Below, in pieces: positions 19,560-29,070 of a stretch of DNA of 64,000 nt (the first letter of the stretch is position 1; each line of letters starts with the position of its first letter). A program made the translations under genes and the position numbers. Origin of the DNA: Chloroflexota bacterium. GTDB lineage: Bacteria; Chloroflexota; Dehalococcoidia; DSTF01; RBG-16-68-14. The notes under the pieces were generated by a model. It was not told the DNA's origin. It ran no database searches and saw only the letters and a program-made list of their open reading frames with translations. The DNA lies in contig QIFC01000123.1 of assembly GCA_003228685.1 (NCBI GenBank), forward strand, positions 206 to 64,205, read 5' to 3'.

Positions 19560-20126
19560 ATGGCTATCAGAGATGGAGATCACCACCGAAAGCACGCCGG
19601 GCCAATGGTCGTGGCGCTCGCTGTCTTTTCCGTTCTGATGCTGGTGTTCGTCGCGTGCGGGATCGGCTTTGGTGAGGAACCCGCAGAGACGGAATTGCTG
19701 AAGGAGATTACAATCGAGGGACCTGTCATATCTGGGCAGGCCATCACCATGCGGCTTGACTATGCCCAACAGTACCCAACCAAAGTGGAGATCAAGTGCG
19801 ACCTGCTCGCCGGAAACGATCTGCCGACTGCGACGCCGGCAGCCACCGAGACCGTCTGGCCGCCGCTACTGCGCATGACGCCTGAGCCCACGCTCCCCAA
19901 GATCCCGCGAGTGCGGCCAACGCCGAAGAACAAGGTCTTGGAGATATTCGGGACGACGCTCCAGCCGCACCAGGGAGGCGGGCCGACAACCACGGCGACA
20001 CCTGAGTTAGGCTCGCTCGAACGTCGATTTGTGGCCCCCGAGCCCGGCGACTACGTCGTCTGGTGCTACACGCCCCTCGATCAAAACAACGCGATCTTCC
20101 AGGAGTTGACGGTCCTGCCTGAGTAG
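19560..20126 (+). CDS. Hypothetical lipoprotein
   Basis: Hydrophobic N-terminus with FVAC lipobox; GC-rich codon usage; start may be later. Confidence 0.55.
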   Translation: MAIRDGDHHRKHAGPMVVALAVFSVLMLVFVACGIGFGEEPAETELLKEITIEGPVISGQAITMRLDYAQQYPTKVEIKCDLLAGNDLPTATPAATETVWPPLLRMTPEPTLPKIPRVRPTPKNKVLEIFGTTLQPHQGGGPTTTATPELGSLERRFVAPEPGDYVVWCYTPLDQNNAIFQELTVLPE

Positions 20127-20136
20127 CCGCGCCCGG

Positions 20137-20164
20137 TTGACCCCATTCGCGGAACCGCTATGAT
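20137..20164 (+). promoter_or_regulatory. Promoter of the UbiA-family gene (very short leader)
   Basis: TTGACC-N16-TATGAT, 9 nt before the ATG. Confidence 0.5.
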
Positions 20165-20173
20165 CCAGGGGAC

Positions 20174-21172
20174 ATGCCGGAAGAGCAGCGTGAGCTGCAG
20201 GCCCAATCCACGGCACCAGCCGGCGCGTTAGGCGACGCAGTTCAACCAACCGCTCAGTCACAGACCCTCGCCAGTCATCTCCTCGCCGTCCTTCGGGCGG
20301 CACGTCCTCGTCAGTGGCCGAAGAACTTGATCGTCTTCATGGCCTTCCTCTTTTCGATCGATGACAAGTGGCAGCTCTCCGACCCGTCGTCCTGGTTGGA
20401 CCTGCTCGGCTGGACCATGCTTACGTTCGTGTTGTTCTGCCTGGTCTCAAGCGCCGACTACCTCGTGAACGACGTGGTCGACCGCGAGAGCGACCGGCAG
20501 CATCCGCGGAAGCGCAAACGTCCCATCGCCGCCGGCCAGCTTTCGGTCCGCGCGGCCCTGATCTGGGCTGTCGCGCTCGCGGCCCTTGCGATTGGGGGCG
20601 GGTTCGCGATCACGTGGTCCGTGGGCGCGGTGATTTCAGGCTACCTCGCGCTGATGATCGCTTATACGTTCTGGCTGAAACACATCGTGCTCCTGGACAT
20701 GATGGTGATCGGCGCTGGCTTCGTGCTGCGCGCGATGGCCGGGGGACTCGCGATCGACGTGCCGATCTCGCCGTGGCTGTACGTGGTAACCGCGCTGGGC
20801 GCGCTCTTCCTCGTCATCAACAAGCGCCGCGCCGAGATCACGCTCCTCAAGGAAGGTTCTGGTAGCCACCGTCCGATCTTGGAGGAGTACTCGCCGGAGT
20901 TGTTGGGCCAGATCGGTGCGCTCGTGACAGCATCAACGCTGATTGCGTACGGCCTCTACACGTTCACCGCCGAAAATCTGCCCGACAACAACTCGATGAT
21001 GCTGACGATCCCGTTCGTCCTGTATGGCCTGCTGCGCTACCTCTACCTGGTGGACAAACATGATGAGGGCGGCAGCCCCGAAGAGGTGCTCCTGCGAGAC
21101 CGGCCGCTGCAGGCGGACATCCTGCTCTGGGTCGCGACAGCCGCGACCGTACTGGTGGTCTTCAGAGACTAG
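20174..21172 (+). CDS. UbiA-family prenyltransferase, decaprenyl-phosphate phosphoribosyltransferase type
   Basis: RPRQWPKN, YLVNDVVDRESDRQHPRKRKRPIAAG, GFVLRA, KRRAE, GGSPEE. Confidence 0.9.
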   Translation: MPEEQRELQAQSTAPAGALGDAVQPTAQSQTLASHLLAVLRAARPRQWPKNLIVFMAFLFSIDDKWQLSDPSSWLDLLGWTMLTFVLFCLVSSADYLVNDVVDRESDRQHPRKRKRPIAAGQLSVRAALIWAVALAALAIGGGFAITWSVGAVISGYLALMIAYTFWLKHIVLLDMMVIGAGFVLRAMAGGLAIDVPISPWLYVVTALGALFLVINKRRAEITLLKEGSGSHRPILEEYSPELLGQIGALVTASTLIAYGLYTFTAENLPDNNSMMLTIPFVLYGLLRYLYLVDKHDEGGSPEEVLLRDRPLQADILLWVATAATVLVVFRD

Positions 21173-22287
21173 CCGCCGGGGCAGAGAATAGGTTCCACGT
21201 CCTCGAACGGCTCCGGTAGAGGATCAGGTTCCATTGGCGTGACGGACGTGTTATCCACCAGGCCGAACGCCGTTCTGGGCCAGTAGATCAGCCAGGCCTG
21301 TCCGATCACGTTCTCCTTGGGGAGCGGGCCCCACTGATGCGAATCGGAGCTGTTGTTTCGATTATCTCCCAGTACGAAGTAGTGATCGGGCGGGACCGTC
21401 TCCGGGCCGTAGGTATAGCGGGGTTTCTCCTTGATGTATGGCTCATCGAGCGGAAGACCGTCGATGAACACCGTGCAATCGCGTACCTCCACCGTTTCGC
21501 CGGGCATCCCGATGATGCGTTTAATGAAGTCCCGCTCGGGCGCGTCTTCGGGAACCGTGGGCGACCTGAAGACGATGACGTCTCCGCGCTTAGGACCCCG
21601 GAAGAGGTAGCGTGTGGGGTCTTCCCCCGGCTCGACGAATGGGACGAACTTGCTCACAGTGTCCAGGTTGATCTCCCAGTAGAGCGATTTGTTGACGAGA
21701 ACGTACCACTGATTCTCGAACGTCGGGTTCATGCTGCTGCCTTCGACCTGGAAGTTCTGGACCACGGCGCGGACCATCAGAAAGATCAGGAGTGCCAGGA
21801 TGATCGTCTCAGCGATCTCTCGGAGGCCGCGTCCTATCGGGCGAAAGACCGAGCGTTGTGGGGGCGCCGTGGCGGCCGCGGGGCCGCCGAAGAGCCGTTC
21901 GGTGCTGGCGGGTGGCGAGTAGTGCGGCACACCCGTCGTGCCCGGCGCTTCCCGCACTGGCGGTTCAGCCGGTGGCGGCGTCGTGTGCATGCGGACGGGG
22001 ATCGGGCGTGGTAGCGGACGTTCGGGCCCAGGCGTTCGCGTAGGGGTAGGCGTGGGCGTCGTAGGCTGCTGGCCTTCGGGCGCTTCTGAGCGGGTGTCAG
22101 AAGTTGCAGGCGGCGAGCTGTTCGTGCTCGGCTCCAGCGGGCCGAACGGCCCGGTTGGCGCTGCGGAATCTCTGCTGCCGGGCGTGCCGGCCGGGCCGCG
22201 CTTAGCAGGCTCCTCCCGCTCTGGCAGCGGCGGTTCTGGCCGCTTGTCTGTGGGCGGCGGGGAATCGATTGGGGGAACTTCCGGCAT
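21169..22287 (-). CDS. lepB: Signal peptidase I with long Pro-rich N-terminal extension
   Basis: GSSMNPT (Ser), RGDVIVF, FIKRIIG (Lys), GDNRNNSSDSH. Confidence 0.92.
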   Translation of the reverse strand: MPEVPPIDSPPPTDKRPEPPLPEREEPAKRGPAGTPGSRDSAAPTGPFGPLEPSTNSSPPATSDTRSEAPEGQQPTTPTPTPTRTPGPERPLPRPIPVRMHTTPPPAEPPVREAPGTTGVPHYSPPASTERLFGGPAAATAPPQRSVFRPIGRGLREIAETIILALLIFLMVRAVVQNFQVEGSSMNPTFENQWYVLVNKSLYWEINLDTVSKFVPFVEPGEDPTRYLFRGPKRGDVIVFRSPTVPEDAPERDFIKRIIGMPGETVEVRDCTVFIDGLPLDEPYIKEKPRYTYGPETVPPDHYFVLGDNRNNSSDSHQWGPLPKENVIGQAWLIYWPRTAFGLVDNTSVTPMEPDPLPEPFEDVEPILCPGG

Positions 22288-22396
22288 AGCTGGTGCGTCT
22301 TAAGTGTATAACATGGTAACTCTTGGGCCTTATAGAAGTGTCTCAAGGATGTTTCGGCCAGGCTGTGATCGCTGGCCAGAGTAGGGAGGACGAAAA

Positions 22397-23125
22397 ATGA
22401 AGAGCAAAGCACTAGTCCTGATCGCGCTGTTGGCCGTGGGCCTGTTGGCGCTGGCGTGTACGGAGACCACCGTCTTGCCGTCGGATCGCGATCAGAATCC
22501 GGGCATCAGCGTCAGCGGCATCGGTTCCGTATTTGGCGAGCCGGACGTTGCGGTATTGACGCTGGGCGTCGAGGCGCAGGCGGACAGCGTCGGCGAAGCG
22601 CGAGCGATGGCGGCGGAAGCAATGGACGCGATGATCGCGTCGCTGAAGGCTGCTGGCGTGGAAGACAGCGACATCCAGACGAGCCGGTTCTCCGTTGAGC
22701 CGCGCTACAACTTTCGCGACGGCGAGCAGGAGCTGATCGGCTTCTTCGTCCAAAACCTCGTGACCGTGAAGATTCGCAATATCGACGAGACGGGGACGTT
22801 GATCGACGATGTGGTGGAAGCGGGCGGCGACCTGACACGAGTGCAGAACCTGCGGTTCACGATCGACGACCCAGAAGAGCTGCAGCAGGAGGCGCGACGG
22901 CTCGCGATGGAAAACGCCAAGAGCAAGGCAGAGACGCTAGCCACCGCCGGGGGCGTCGAACTGGGCGCGCCTCGCTCCATCTCCGAAAACGTCACACGCA
23001 GCCCGGCCCCGTTCGGAGAGCGCGCGTTTCTCGCCGATCTTGACGCCGTAGGCGCAAGCACGGCGATTGAAATCGGTGAGCTAGAGGTGCAGATACAGGT
23101 GCAGGTAGTCTACGGACTGGACTAA
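22397..23125 (+). CDS. SIMPL (DUF541) domain lipoprotein
   Basis: ALAC lipobox; ISVSGIG...PDVAVLTLGV, DIQTS, A...AKSKAETLA. Confidence 0.88.
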   Translation: MKSKALVLIALLAVGLLALACTETTVLPSDRDQNPGISVSGIGSVFGEPDVAVLTLGVEAQADSVGEARAMAAEAMDAMIASLKAAGVEDSDIQTSRFSVEPRYNFRDGEQELIGFFVQNLVTVKIRNIDETGTLIDDVVEAGGDLTRVQNLRFTIDDPEELQQEARRLAMENAKSKAETLATAGGVELGAPRSISENVTRSPAPFGERAFLADLDAVGASTAIEIGELEVQIQVQVVYGLD

Positions 23126-23253
23126 CAACCCCTGACGTGGACAGTGCTGGGCGTCCGTTGATGTTACGTAGCGGACGCTCAGCTTGCTCAATCGCTCTTG
23201 CGCGAGTAGACTCTAAGAGTTCCGTAATAGCTTGAGCAGGAGGAGAGTGTAGT

Positions 23254-23466
23254 ATGGCGGAAGTTGTCGTAGGTGAGCGCGAATCGCTTGAGTCGGCGCT
23301 TAGGCGCTTTACCAAGCGCGTGCAGCAGTACGGCATTCTCTCCGAGGCGCGCCGCCGCCGCCATTACGAAAAGCCCAGCGTCAAGCGCAAGCGCAAGGCC
23401 GCTGCCAAGCGACGCAAGGCCGCTCGCTCAAGTTCGGGCGCTCCAGGCTCCATGTCGCGGCGCTAG
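23254..23466 (+). CDS. rpsU: 30S ribosomal protein S21
   Basis: [10 protein letters not shown]...[18 protein letters not shown]; AGGAGGAG RBS. Confidence 0.96.
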   Translation: MAEVVVGERESLESALRRFTKRVQQYGILSEARRRRHYEKPSVKRKRKAAAKRRKAARSSSGAPGSMSRR

Positions 23467-23489
23467 GCGTCCGGGCCACTTCGCATCTC

Positions 23490-23936
23490 ATGCCCCTGAA
23501 AGAACAACTGCAACGCGATCTCAAGGACGCCATGCGTCAGGGAGACAAGCAGCGCCGCGACACACTGCGACTCGTGCTGTCATCGCTCCATAACGCCGAG
23601 ATCGAAGCTCGCGACGAGCTTGACGATGATGGCGTTCTCAAGGTGCTGACGAAAGAGGCCAAGCAGCGGAAAGAGAGCATCGAAGAGTTCCGCAAGGCTG
23701 GCCGCGAGGAGAAGGCAGCCGAGGAAGAGGCGGAACTAGAGGTGATCTCCAGCTACCTGCCGGAGGCGCTCTCACGCGAAGAGGTCCTCGCAGCAGCCAA
23801 AGAGGTCATCCAGGAATCCGGCGCTAGCGGTATGAAGGACATCGGCAAGGTGATGCCGGCGCTCATGCAGCGCCTTCAAGGCCGCGCGGACGGACGCGAG
23901 GCGAGCGAAGTCGTCCGCGAGCTTCTCTCCGGCTGA
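23490..23936 (+). CDS. yqeY: GatB/YqeY domain protein
   Basis: DLKDAMR, KQRKESIEEF, YLP, KDIGKVM, GRADG; follows rpsU. Confidence 0.93.
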   Translation: MPLKEQLQRDLKDAMRQGDKQRRDTLRLVLSSLHNAEIEARDELDDDGVLKVLTKEAKQRKESIEEFRKAGREEKAAEEEAELEVISSYLPEALSREEVLAAAKEVIQESGASGMKDIGKVMPALMQRLQGRADGREASEVVRELLSG

Positions 23937-24021
23937 CCGCACGCCGGTCCAGTCCTCCCAAACGCCCTTCTGATATGCCCTTCTGATATGATAGGGGCGA
24001 GCGCATGCAGAAGAGCGACTG

Positions 24022-26193
24022 ATGCCATCGCTGAGGGCGCCTCAAGTCCTGTTGTTCGGCGTCGTGCTGGCGTTGGGCTTTTTCCTGGCGCTCTTTCCAT
24101 TCTTTCCTAAGCAGCTAGAGATTGGCGAAGGGGACATCGCGACGCGCGAACTCGTGTCGCCGCGCGATGAGACGTTCGAGAGCAAGGTACTCACCGAGCA
24201 GGCGAGGGACCTGGCGGCACTCGCGGTCCCCGATGTCCTGGTTGCCGACTCCAACGTTCTTCCAGCTCAGCTGGCCAAGCTCGACGAGAATGCCGCCGTC
24301 ATCGGAGAGATCCGCCAGGACGATGACCTAGACGAGGCGTCGAAGCGGCAGGCCCTGCTGGCGATCGTTTCCCGTGACGGCACAGATACGATCCTGACCC
24401 TCACCGATGAGCGCTGGCAGCGCATCGTCGTTGATGCTGGACAGGTGCTGGGGACCGTGCTGGCCGGATCCATCACGCCGGGCGGCGAGGAGATGGTCCG
24501 CGAAGAGCTGCTCCAGCAGATCGCCACGGACCTGACCGCGGGCGAAGCGAACGTGGTCGCGGACTTGGCCAGCCCGCTCGTCGCGCCGACGCTCGTCGCG
24601 GACGCCGAAGGCACCGATGCCGCTCGTGACGTAGCGCGCGAGAATGTGGAGCCGCAGTTTCAGACGGTCTTCCGAAACCAGGTCATCGTCACTGAAGGCG
24701 CGCGTATCGACTCCACCGCGGTCGAAGTCCTGGAGGAGGTCGGCCTGCTGTCGCCGCGCGTGGAGTGGGAGAACCTGGTCGCCGCGGGCCTCATCGCGGT
24801 GCTTGCGGCCATAACCCTGGCGCTCTACGTTCGCCAGTTCCCCATCCCAGGCCTGGTAACCACGCGCAATCTTGTGCTGTTGGCGATCTTCATTGCGGTT
24901 CCCGTCTTGATCGCGAAGCTGCACCTGTCGCTGGTGCTGCCCGAGGACAGCCGGCGCTTCATCGCGTACTTCCTGCCGCTGGCGGCCGCGCCGATGCTGC
25001 TTTCGACGCTGCTAGGCGCCCGCCTGGCGATCGTCGTCGGGCTCATGCAGGCCGGGCTGATGATGTTCGCCGTGATCAGTTTGCCGGACCTGTCGCTCGT
25101 CGAAACGATTCAGCCGGTGGACGTCGGCCGCGTGTTCCTCGCCTACGGCCTGGGCGCTGTCATAGGCTCCTACGCGGTCCAGCGCGCCGAGCGGGCCAAC
25201 CAGTACGCCGCTGCCGGCGTGCTCGTTTCCGTGGTGATGGCTAGCGCGCTCTTCGCCACATGGCTGTTGGAGCCTGAGCGGAGCGGGATCGAAATCGCTT
25301 GGATCATCGGCGCGGCCACCGTAAGCGGGCTGGGCAGCGGCTTGCTCACCGCCGGCGGCTACGTAAGCGTTGGCGCGCTGTTCGGCGTGACGACGCGGGT
25401 CCAGCTCATGGAGCTGGCGCAGTTGAACGCGCCGCTGCTCCGGCAACTGCAGGACGAGGCGCCCGGGACCTTCCACCACAGCATCATCGTCGGCAATCTG
25501 GCGGAGCGCGCGGCGGACCTCGTCGGCGCCGACCCGCTGCTCGTGCGCGTGGGCTGCTACTACCACGACTTGGGCAAGGTGGCGCAGCCTGGCTACTACA
25601 TTGAGAACCAACTCGCCGGTGACAATCCGCACGACGGCATGGACCCGAAGGAGAGCGCTCGGATCATCGCGCAACACGTCACGGCTGGGGTGGAGCTGGC
25701 GGAGCGTCACAATCTGCCTGCCCGCGTGCGAGACTTCATTCCTGAACATCACGGCACACGCCTCGTGGCCTACTTCTACCGGCTGGCGAGCCAGCGGGAC
25801 CCGAACGTCGATCCGAGCTTCTTCCGCTACCCGGGCCCCAAGCCCCAGAGCCGCGAAACCGCCATCGTCATGCTCGCTGACTCCACGGAAGCAATGGTAC
25901 GCGCCAGCGAGGACCGGTCAGCCGAGCGCATCGACGTGATCGTGGATGAAGTTGTGTCTGAGCGGCTGGCTGAAGGCGAGCTGGAGGAGTGCGAGCTGAC
26001 GTTGCGCGACATTACGACGATCTCCGCCTCGTTCAAGCAGACCCTGCGCGGCGTTTATCACCCACGCATCGCTTACCCCGAGCCATCAGAGCGGGAGAAG
26101 GGCGCGCGTCTTGGGCGCTTCCGGCCCGGCAGGAGGGTGCCCCCGCTGCCGGAGGCCCCTGCGCCCTATCGTTCAAGGCCGCCTTCAGGATGA
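24022..26193 (+). CDS. 7TM-HD (HDIG) phosphohydrolase, PgpH-like c-di-AMP phosphodiesterase
   Basis: Extracellular domain, 7 TM helices, APGTFHHS, YYHDLGK, EHHGT, FRYPGPKPQ, MLAD. Confidence 0.9.
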   Translation: MPSLRAPQVLLFGVVLALGFFLALFPFFPKQLEIGEGDIATRELVSPRDETFESKVLTEQARDLAALAVPDVLVADSNVLPAQLAKLDENAAVIGEIRQDDDLDEASKRQALLAIVSRDGTDTILTLTDERWQRIVVDAGQVLGTVLAGSITPGGEEMVREELLQQIATDLTAGEANVVADLASPLVAPTLVADAEGTDAARDVARENVEPQFQTVFRNQVIVTEGARIDSTAVEVLEEVGLLSPRVEWENLVAAGLIAVLAAITLALYVRQFPIPGLVTTRNLVLLAIFIAVPVLIAKLHLSLVLPEDSRRFIAYFLPLAAAPMLLSTLLGARLAIVVGLMQAGLMMFAVISLPDLSLVETIQPVDVGRVFLAYGLGAVIGSYAVQRAERANQYAAAGVLVSVVMASALFATWLLEPERSGIEIAWIIGAATVSGLGSGLLTAGGYVSVGALFGVTTRVQLMELAQLNAPLLRQLQDEAPGTFHHSIIVGNLAERAADLVGADPLLVRVGCYYHDLGKVAQPGYYIENQLAGDNPHDGMDPKESARIIAQHVTAGVELAERHNLPARVRDFIPEHHGTRLVAYFYRLASQRDPNVDPSFFRYPGPKPQSRETAIVMLADSTEAMVRASEDRSAERIDVIVDEVVSERLAEGELEECELTLRDITTISASFKQTLRGVYHPRIAYPEPSEREKGARLGRFRPGRRVPPLPEAPAPYRSRPPSG

Positions 26194-26274
26194 AGGGCGC
26201 TCGCGGAGCTAGGGCGCTCGCGGAGCGCCTTGGACTATACTAGAGCCGGAACCCCGGCTAGATACGGAGGGTTG

Positions 26275-26979
26275 ATGCGCTTCGCCATCGTCGTGTTCCC
26301 AGGGACGTGGAGCGACCACGATTGCCAGTATGTCCTGCGCGACATCTTGGGCCAGGAAACCGACCTCGTCTGGCACCGTGACGCCGATCTATCCGGCTAC
26401 GACTGCGTCGTGCTGCCGGGTGGCTTCTCCTACGGCGACCACCTTCGCTGCGGCGCCATCGCGCGCTTTTCGCCCGTGATGGACGCCGTCGTTCGCCACG
26501 CCGAGTCTGGCAAGCCCACGATCGGCATCTGCAACGGCTTCCAGATCCTCTGCGAATCCGGTCTGCTGCCGGGCGTGCTCATGAGAAACGACAGCCTCCA
26601 GTTCCGCTGCCAGGACGCCTTCCTCCGCACCGAGACGAGCGACACCGCGTTCACGCGGTTGCTGGAGCCTGGGCAGGTGATCACAGTCCCCATCTCCCAT
26701 GGCGAAGGCAGCTACTACGCGGACGACGCGACGGTCGACGCGCTGGAGGCGTCGGGCCGGGTCGCCTTCCGTTATTGCGATGCGGACGGCGCGCCGACGC
26801 CGGAGAGCAATCCCAACGGCTCCGTCCGCAACATCGCGGGCATTGTGAACGAGCGCGGCAACGTGCTGGGCATGATGCCCCACCCGGAGCGCGCCGGCGA
26901 GCCGCTCTTGGGCGGCGCGGACGGGCTGTACCTCTGGCGCAGCGTGATCGAAGCCGGCGTAGCAACACTGGCGGGCTAA
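26275..26979 (+). CDS. purQ: Phosphoribosylformylglycinamidine synthase subunit PurQ
   Basis: VFPG, PGGFSYGD, GICNGFQ, SHGEG, NPNGS, GMMPHPER. Confidence 0.97.
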   Translation: MRFAIVVFPGTWSDHDCQYVLRDILGQETDLVWHRDADLSGYDCVVLPGGFSYGDHLRCGAIARFSPVMDAVVRHAESGKPTIGICNGFQILCESGLLPGVLMRNDSLQFRCQDAFLRTETSDTAFTRLLEPGQVITVPISHGEGSYYADDATVDALEASGRVAFRYCDADGAPTPESNPNGSVRNIAGIVNERGNVLGMMPHPERAGEPLLGGADGLYLWRSVIEAGVATLAG

Positions 26980-26980
26980 C

Positions 26981-27217
26981 GTGAAGCCGCTGTACTTGAT
27001 TCGCCACGCGCGCAATAAGCTGCGCCGATGGAAGATCAGTCGGGAAGAAGTCGAAAGCGCCGTAGCTAATCCACAAGCCCGAACGCTGTCTATCGGAAAT
27101 CGGGTAAACTGTTGGAGTCGATGGCGAGGGGCCTGGCTCTCCGTGACCATCGTCGAAGAGGCTGACAGAATCGTGGTGATCACGGTGACACCTCGTAGAA
27201 AGGGACCGGCGACCTAA
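26981..27217 (+). CDS. DUF4258-like putative toxin
   Basis: HARNKLRRWKISREEVESAV...IVVITV; paired with DUF2283. Confidence 0.72.
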   Translation: MKPLYLIRHARNKLRRWKISREEVESAVANPQARTLSIGNRVNCWSRWRGAWLSVTIVEEADRIVVITVTPRRKGPAT

Positions 27218-27218
27218 G

Positions 27219-27443
27219 ATGAAGATCACATATGATGCCGAAGGTGACGTTCTCTACATTCAGCTAAGATGCGTGACTCCTGCAGATGGCGTCGATATCG
27301 AGGAAGGGGTCACTGCCGAACTTGACGACGCCGGCCACTTGGTGGCTGTCGAGATTCTGGACGCGAGCAAGCGCCTCACTCCTGAGGAGCTCGTGAACGT
27401 CTCATACGAGAACCTACTGCTAGCCGCCTCTGAAGCGCCGTAG
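27219..27443 (+). CDS. DUF2283-like putative antitoxin
   Basis: MKITYDAEGDVLYIQL...LDDAGHLVAVEILDASK. Confidence 0.85.
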   Translation: MKITYDAEGDVLYIQLRCVTPADGVDIEEGVTAELDDAGHLVAVEILDASKRLTPEELVNVSYENLLLAASEAP

Positions 27444-27525
27444 CGCAGCGTCATCGAAGCCGGCGTAGCTACAGTGGCGGGCTGAACATGGACCCGCGCG
27501 GGCGGTTCTAGCAAGGAGGCCAACC

Positions 27526-28127
27526 ATGGGAGAAGCAGCACCAACGGCACCGGCACAGAGCTATCCGGTCACCTTCGATGTCGAGTACCCGGACCGGAAG
27601 AGCTATCGCGCTGGCTGGTCTTCGTCAAATGGATCCTGGCCATCCCGCATATCATCATCCTGTATGGCCTGGGATTGGCTGCCAGCGCGATCACGTTCAT
27701 TGCCTGGTTCGTCATCCTCTTCACCAAGCGCTACCCACGCGAACTGTTCGACTTCGTAGTCAACATCAACCGCTGGAACGCGAACCTCGCCGCGTACACC
27801 TTCTTAATGCGCGACGAGTACCCGCCGTTCTCGTGGGATGCAGGGCAATACCCGGTGGAATACGATGTCGAGTATCCGGAGGAGCTATCGCGCTGGCTGA
27901 TCTTCGTCAAGTGGATCCTGGCCATCCCGCACGTCATCGTGCTGGCGTTCCTCTTCATCGGCATGTTCATCGCGCTCACGGTTGCCTGGTTCGCGATCTT
28001 GTTCACGAAGCGCTTCCCGGAGTCGCTATTCACGTTCCTGGTGGGCGTCAACCGTTGGACCGTGCGCGTCAACGCCTACATCAACCTCCAACGAGACGAG
28101 TACCCGCCCTTCAGCCTGGAGCCGTAG
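27526..28127 (+). pseudogene. DUF4389-like two-repeat membrane protein, frameshifted by a 5-bp duplication
   Basis: AGGAGG RBS and ATG at 27526; CCGGA-CCGGA at 27589-27598. Removing one copy gives EYPEELSRWL, matching the second internal repeat; RDEYPPFS x2. Confidence 0.8.
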
Positions 28128-28153
28128 GGCTTGGTCTACGCGGACTAGCGGGC

Positions 28154-28183
28154 TTGACAGGCGCCACCTCTGATTCGTAGTCT
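28154..28183 (+). promoter_or_regulatory. Promoter of the inserted zinc-ribbon gene
   Basis: TTGACA-N18-TAGTCT. Confidence 0.55.
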
Positions 28184-28225
28184 AAGGCGTTCTGATCGAG
28201 ACCATGACGGAGGGTAAGGTCGGCC

Positions 28226-28861
28226 ATGGCAGAAACTACTGGAGTCGAAGAGCCAGCTCGTCATTGCACGAACTGCGGGGACAGACAACAGCCGCGTGCC
28301 CGTTTCTGCGCTTCCTGTGGGGCCGCGATGACGCAGGATCCAGAACCTGGCCCTTCTGCAGCGCCATCTCAGGCCGACGTACCACAGTTCGGGGCGCCTG
28401 CAGCACCAGTAGACCAGGGATCTGGAGAGGCTGCGTCAACCGATACGCCTCAGCCACCTGTGCAGCAGGCTGCTGATTCCCAACCACGCGCAGAACCGTC
28501 TCCGATCCCGCAGTCAGGTGAGATGTTCTGCTCCAGCTGCGGTAACGTCGTCAAGAGAGAAGCCGAGATTTGTGTGAGGTGCGGTGTACGCCTTCGCAGA
28601 GCCGCATCCTCTGGAGGGAAGAGCAAAGTGGCCGCAATCTTGCTGGCCGTTTTCTTGGGCTTCTGGGCTTGGCTGTACACGTACCGTGAGGATGGATCTA
28701 AGTTCTGGATTGCGCTGGGAGTCAGTGTAGTAAACGTTGTGCTCATCATTGTCACCCTAGGATTCTGGGTCTTCATCGCTTGGATACCTGCCGTAGGATT
28801 CTGGATATGGCCCATCATCGATGCTGCAACCAGGGATGATGAATGGTACGCCTCGTACTAG
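28226..28861 (+). CDS. Double zinc-ribbon, TM2-like membrane protein
   Basis: CTNCG..FCASCG, FCSSCG..CVRCG, KSKVAAILLAVFLG; more A/T-ending codons than neighbours. Confidence 0.78.
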   Translation: MAETTGVEEPARHCTNCGDRQQPRARFCASCGAAMTQDPEPGPSAAPSQADVPQFGAPAAPVDQGSGEAASTDTPQPPVQQAADSQPRAEPSPIPQSGEMFCSSCGNVVKREAEICVRCGVRLRRAASSGGKSKVAAILLAVFLGFWAWLYTYREDGSKFWIALGVSVVNVVLIIVTLGFWVFIAWIPAVGFWIWPIIDAATRDDEWYASY

Positions 28862-28953
28862 CGAGGCTGCGTTGGTCCGTGCGCGTCAACGCTTACATTA
28901 ACCTGATGCGAGACGAGTACCCGCCCTTCAGCCTGGAGCCGTAGCCTGGAGAT

Positions 28954-29031
28954 ATGGATCCTGCGGTGGCGGCGCGGCACCCCTATCCGATCCGGCTCAA
29001 TGTCGAGTACTTGGTCTGCGAATTCAACTAG
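28954..29031 (+). pseudogene. 5' remnant of a second DUF4389-like gene
   Basis: GGAG RBS; MDPAVAARHPYPIRLNVEY resembles SYPVTFDVEY, then degenerates. Confidence 0.5.
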
Positions 29032-29070
29032 TGCTCATGCCGCGGCGTCCGCTACCCTGACCATGTCCAC

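Larger units (their letters stand above)
26937..27485 (+). repeat. 43-bp direct repeat (purQ 3' end) flanking the TA pair
   Basis: 26937-26979 vs 27443-27485, 39/43 identical by hand alignment. Confidence 0.9.
28053..28944 (+). repeat. 75-bp direct repeat (3' end of the DUF4389-like gene) flanking an inserted gene
   Basis: 28053-28127 vs 28870-28944, 68/75 identical by hand alignment. Confidence 0.9.

Noticed and set aside
26194-26229. 16-bp tandem repeat AGGGCGCTCGCGGAGC x2 before purQ
   Set aside because: Two copies forming a local hairpin; probably a terminator/REP fragment, no function supportable
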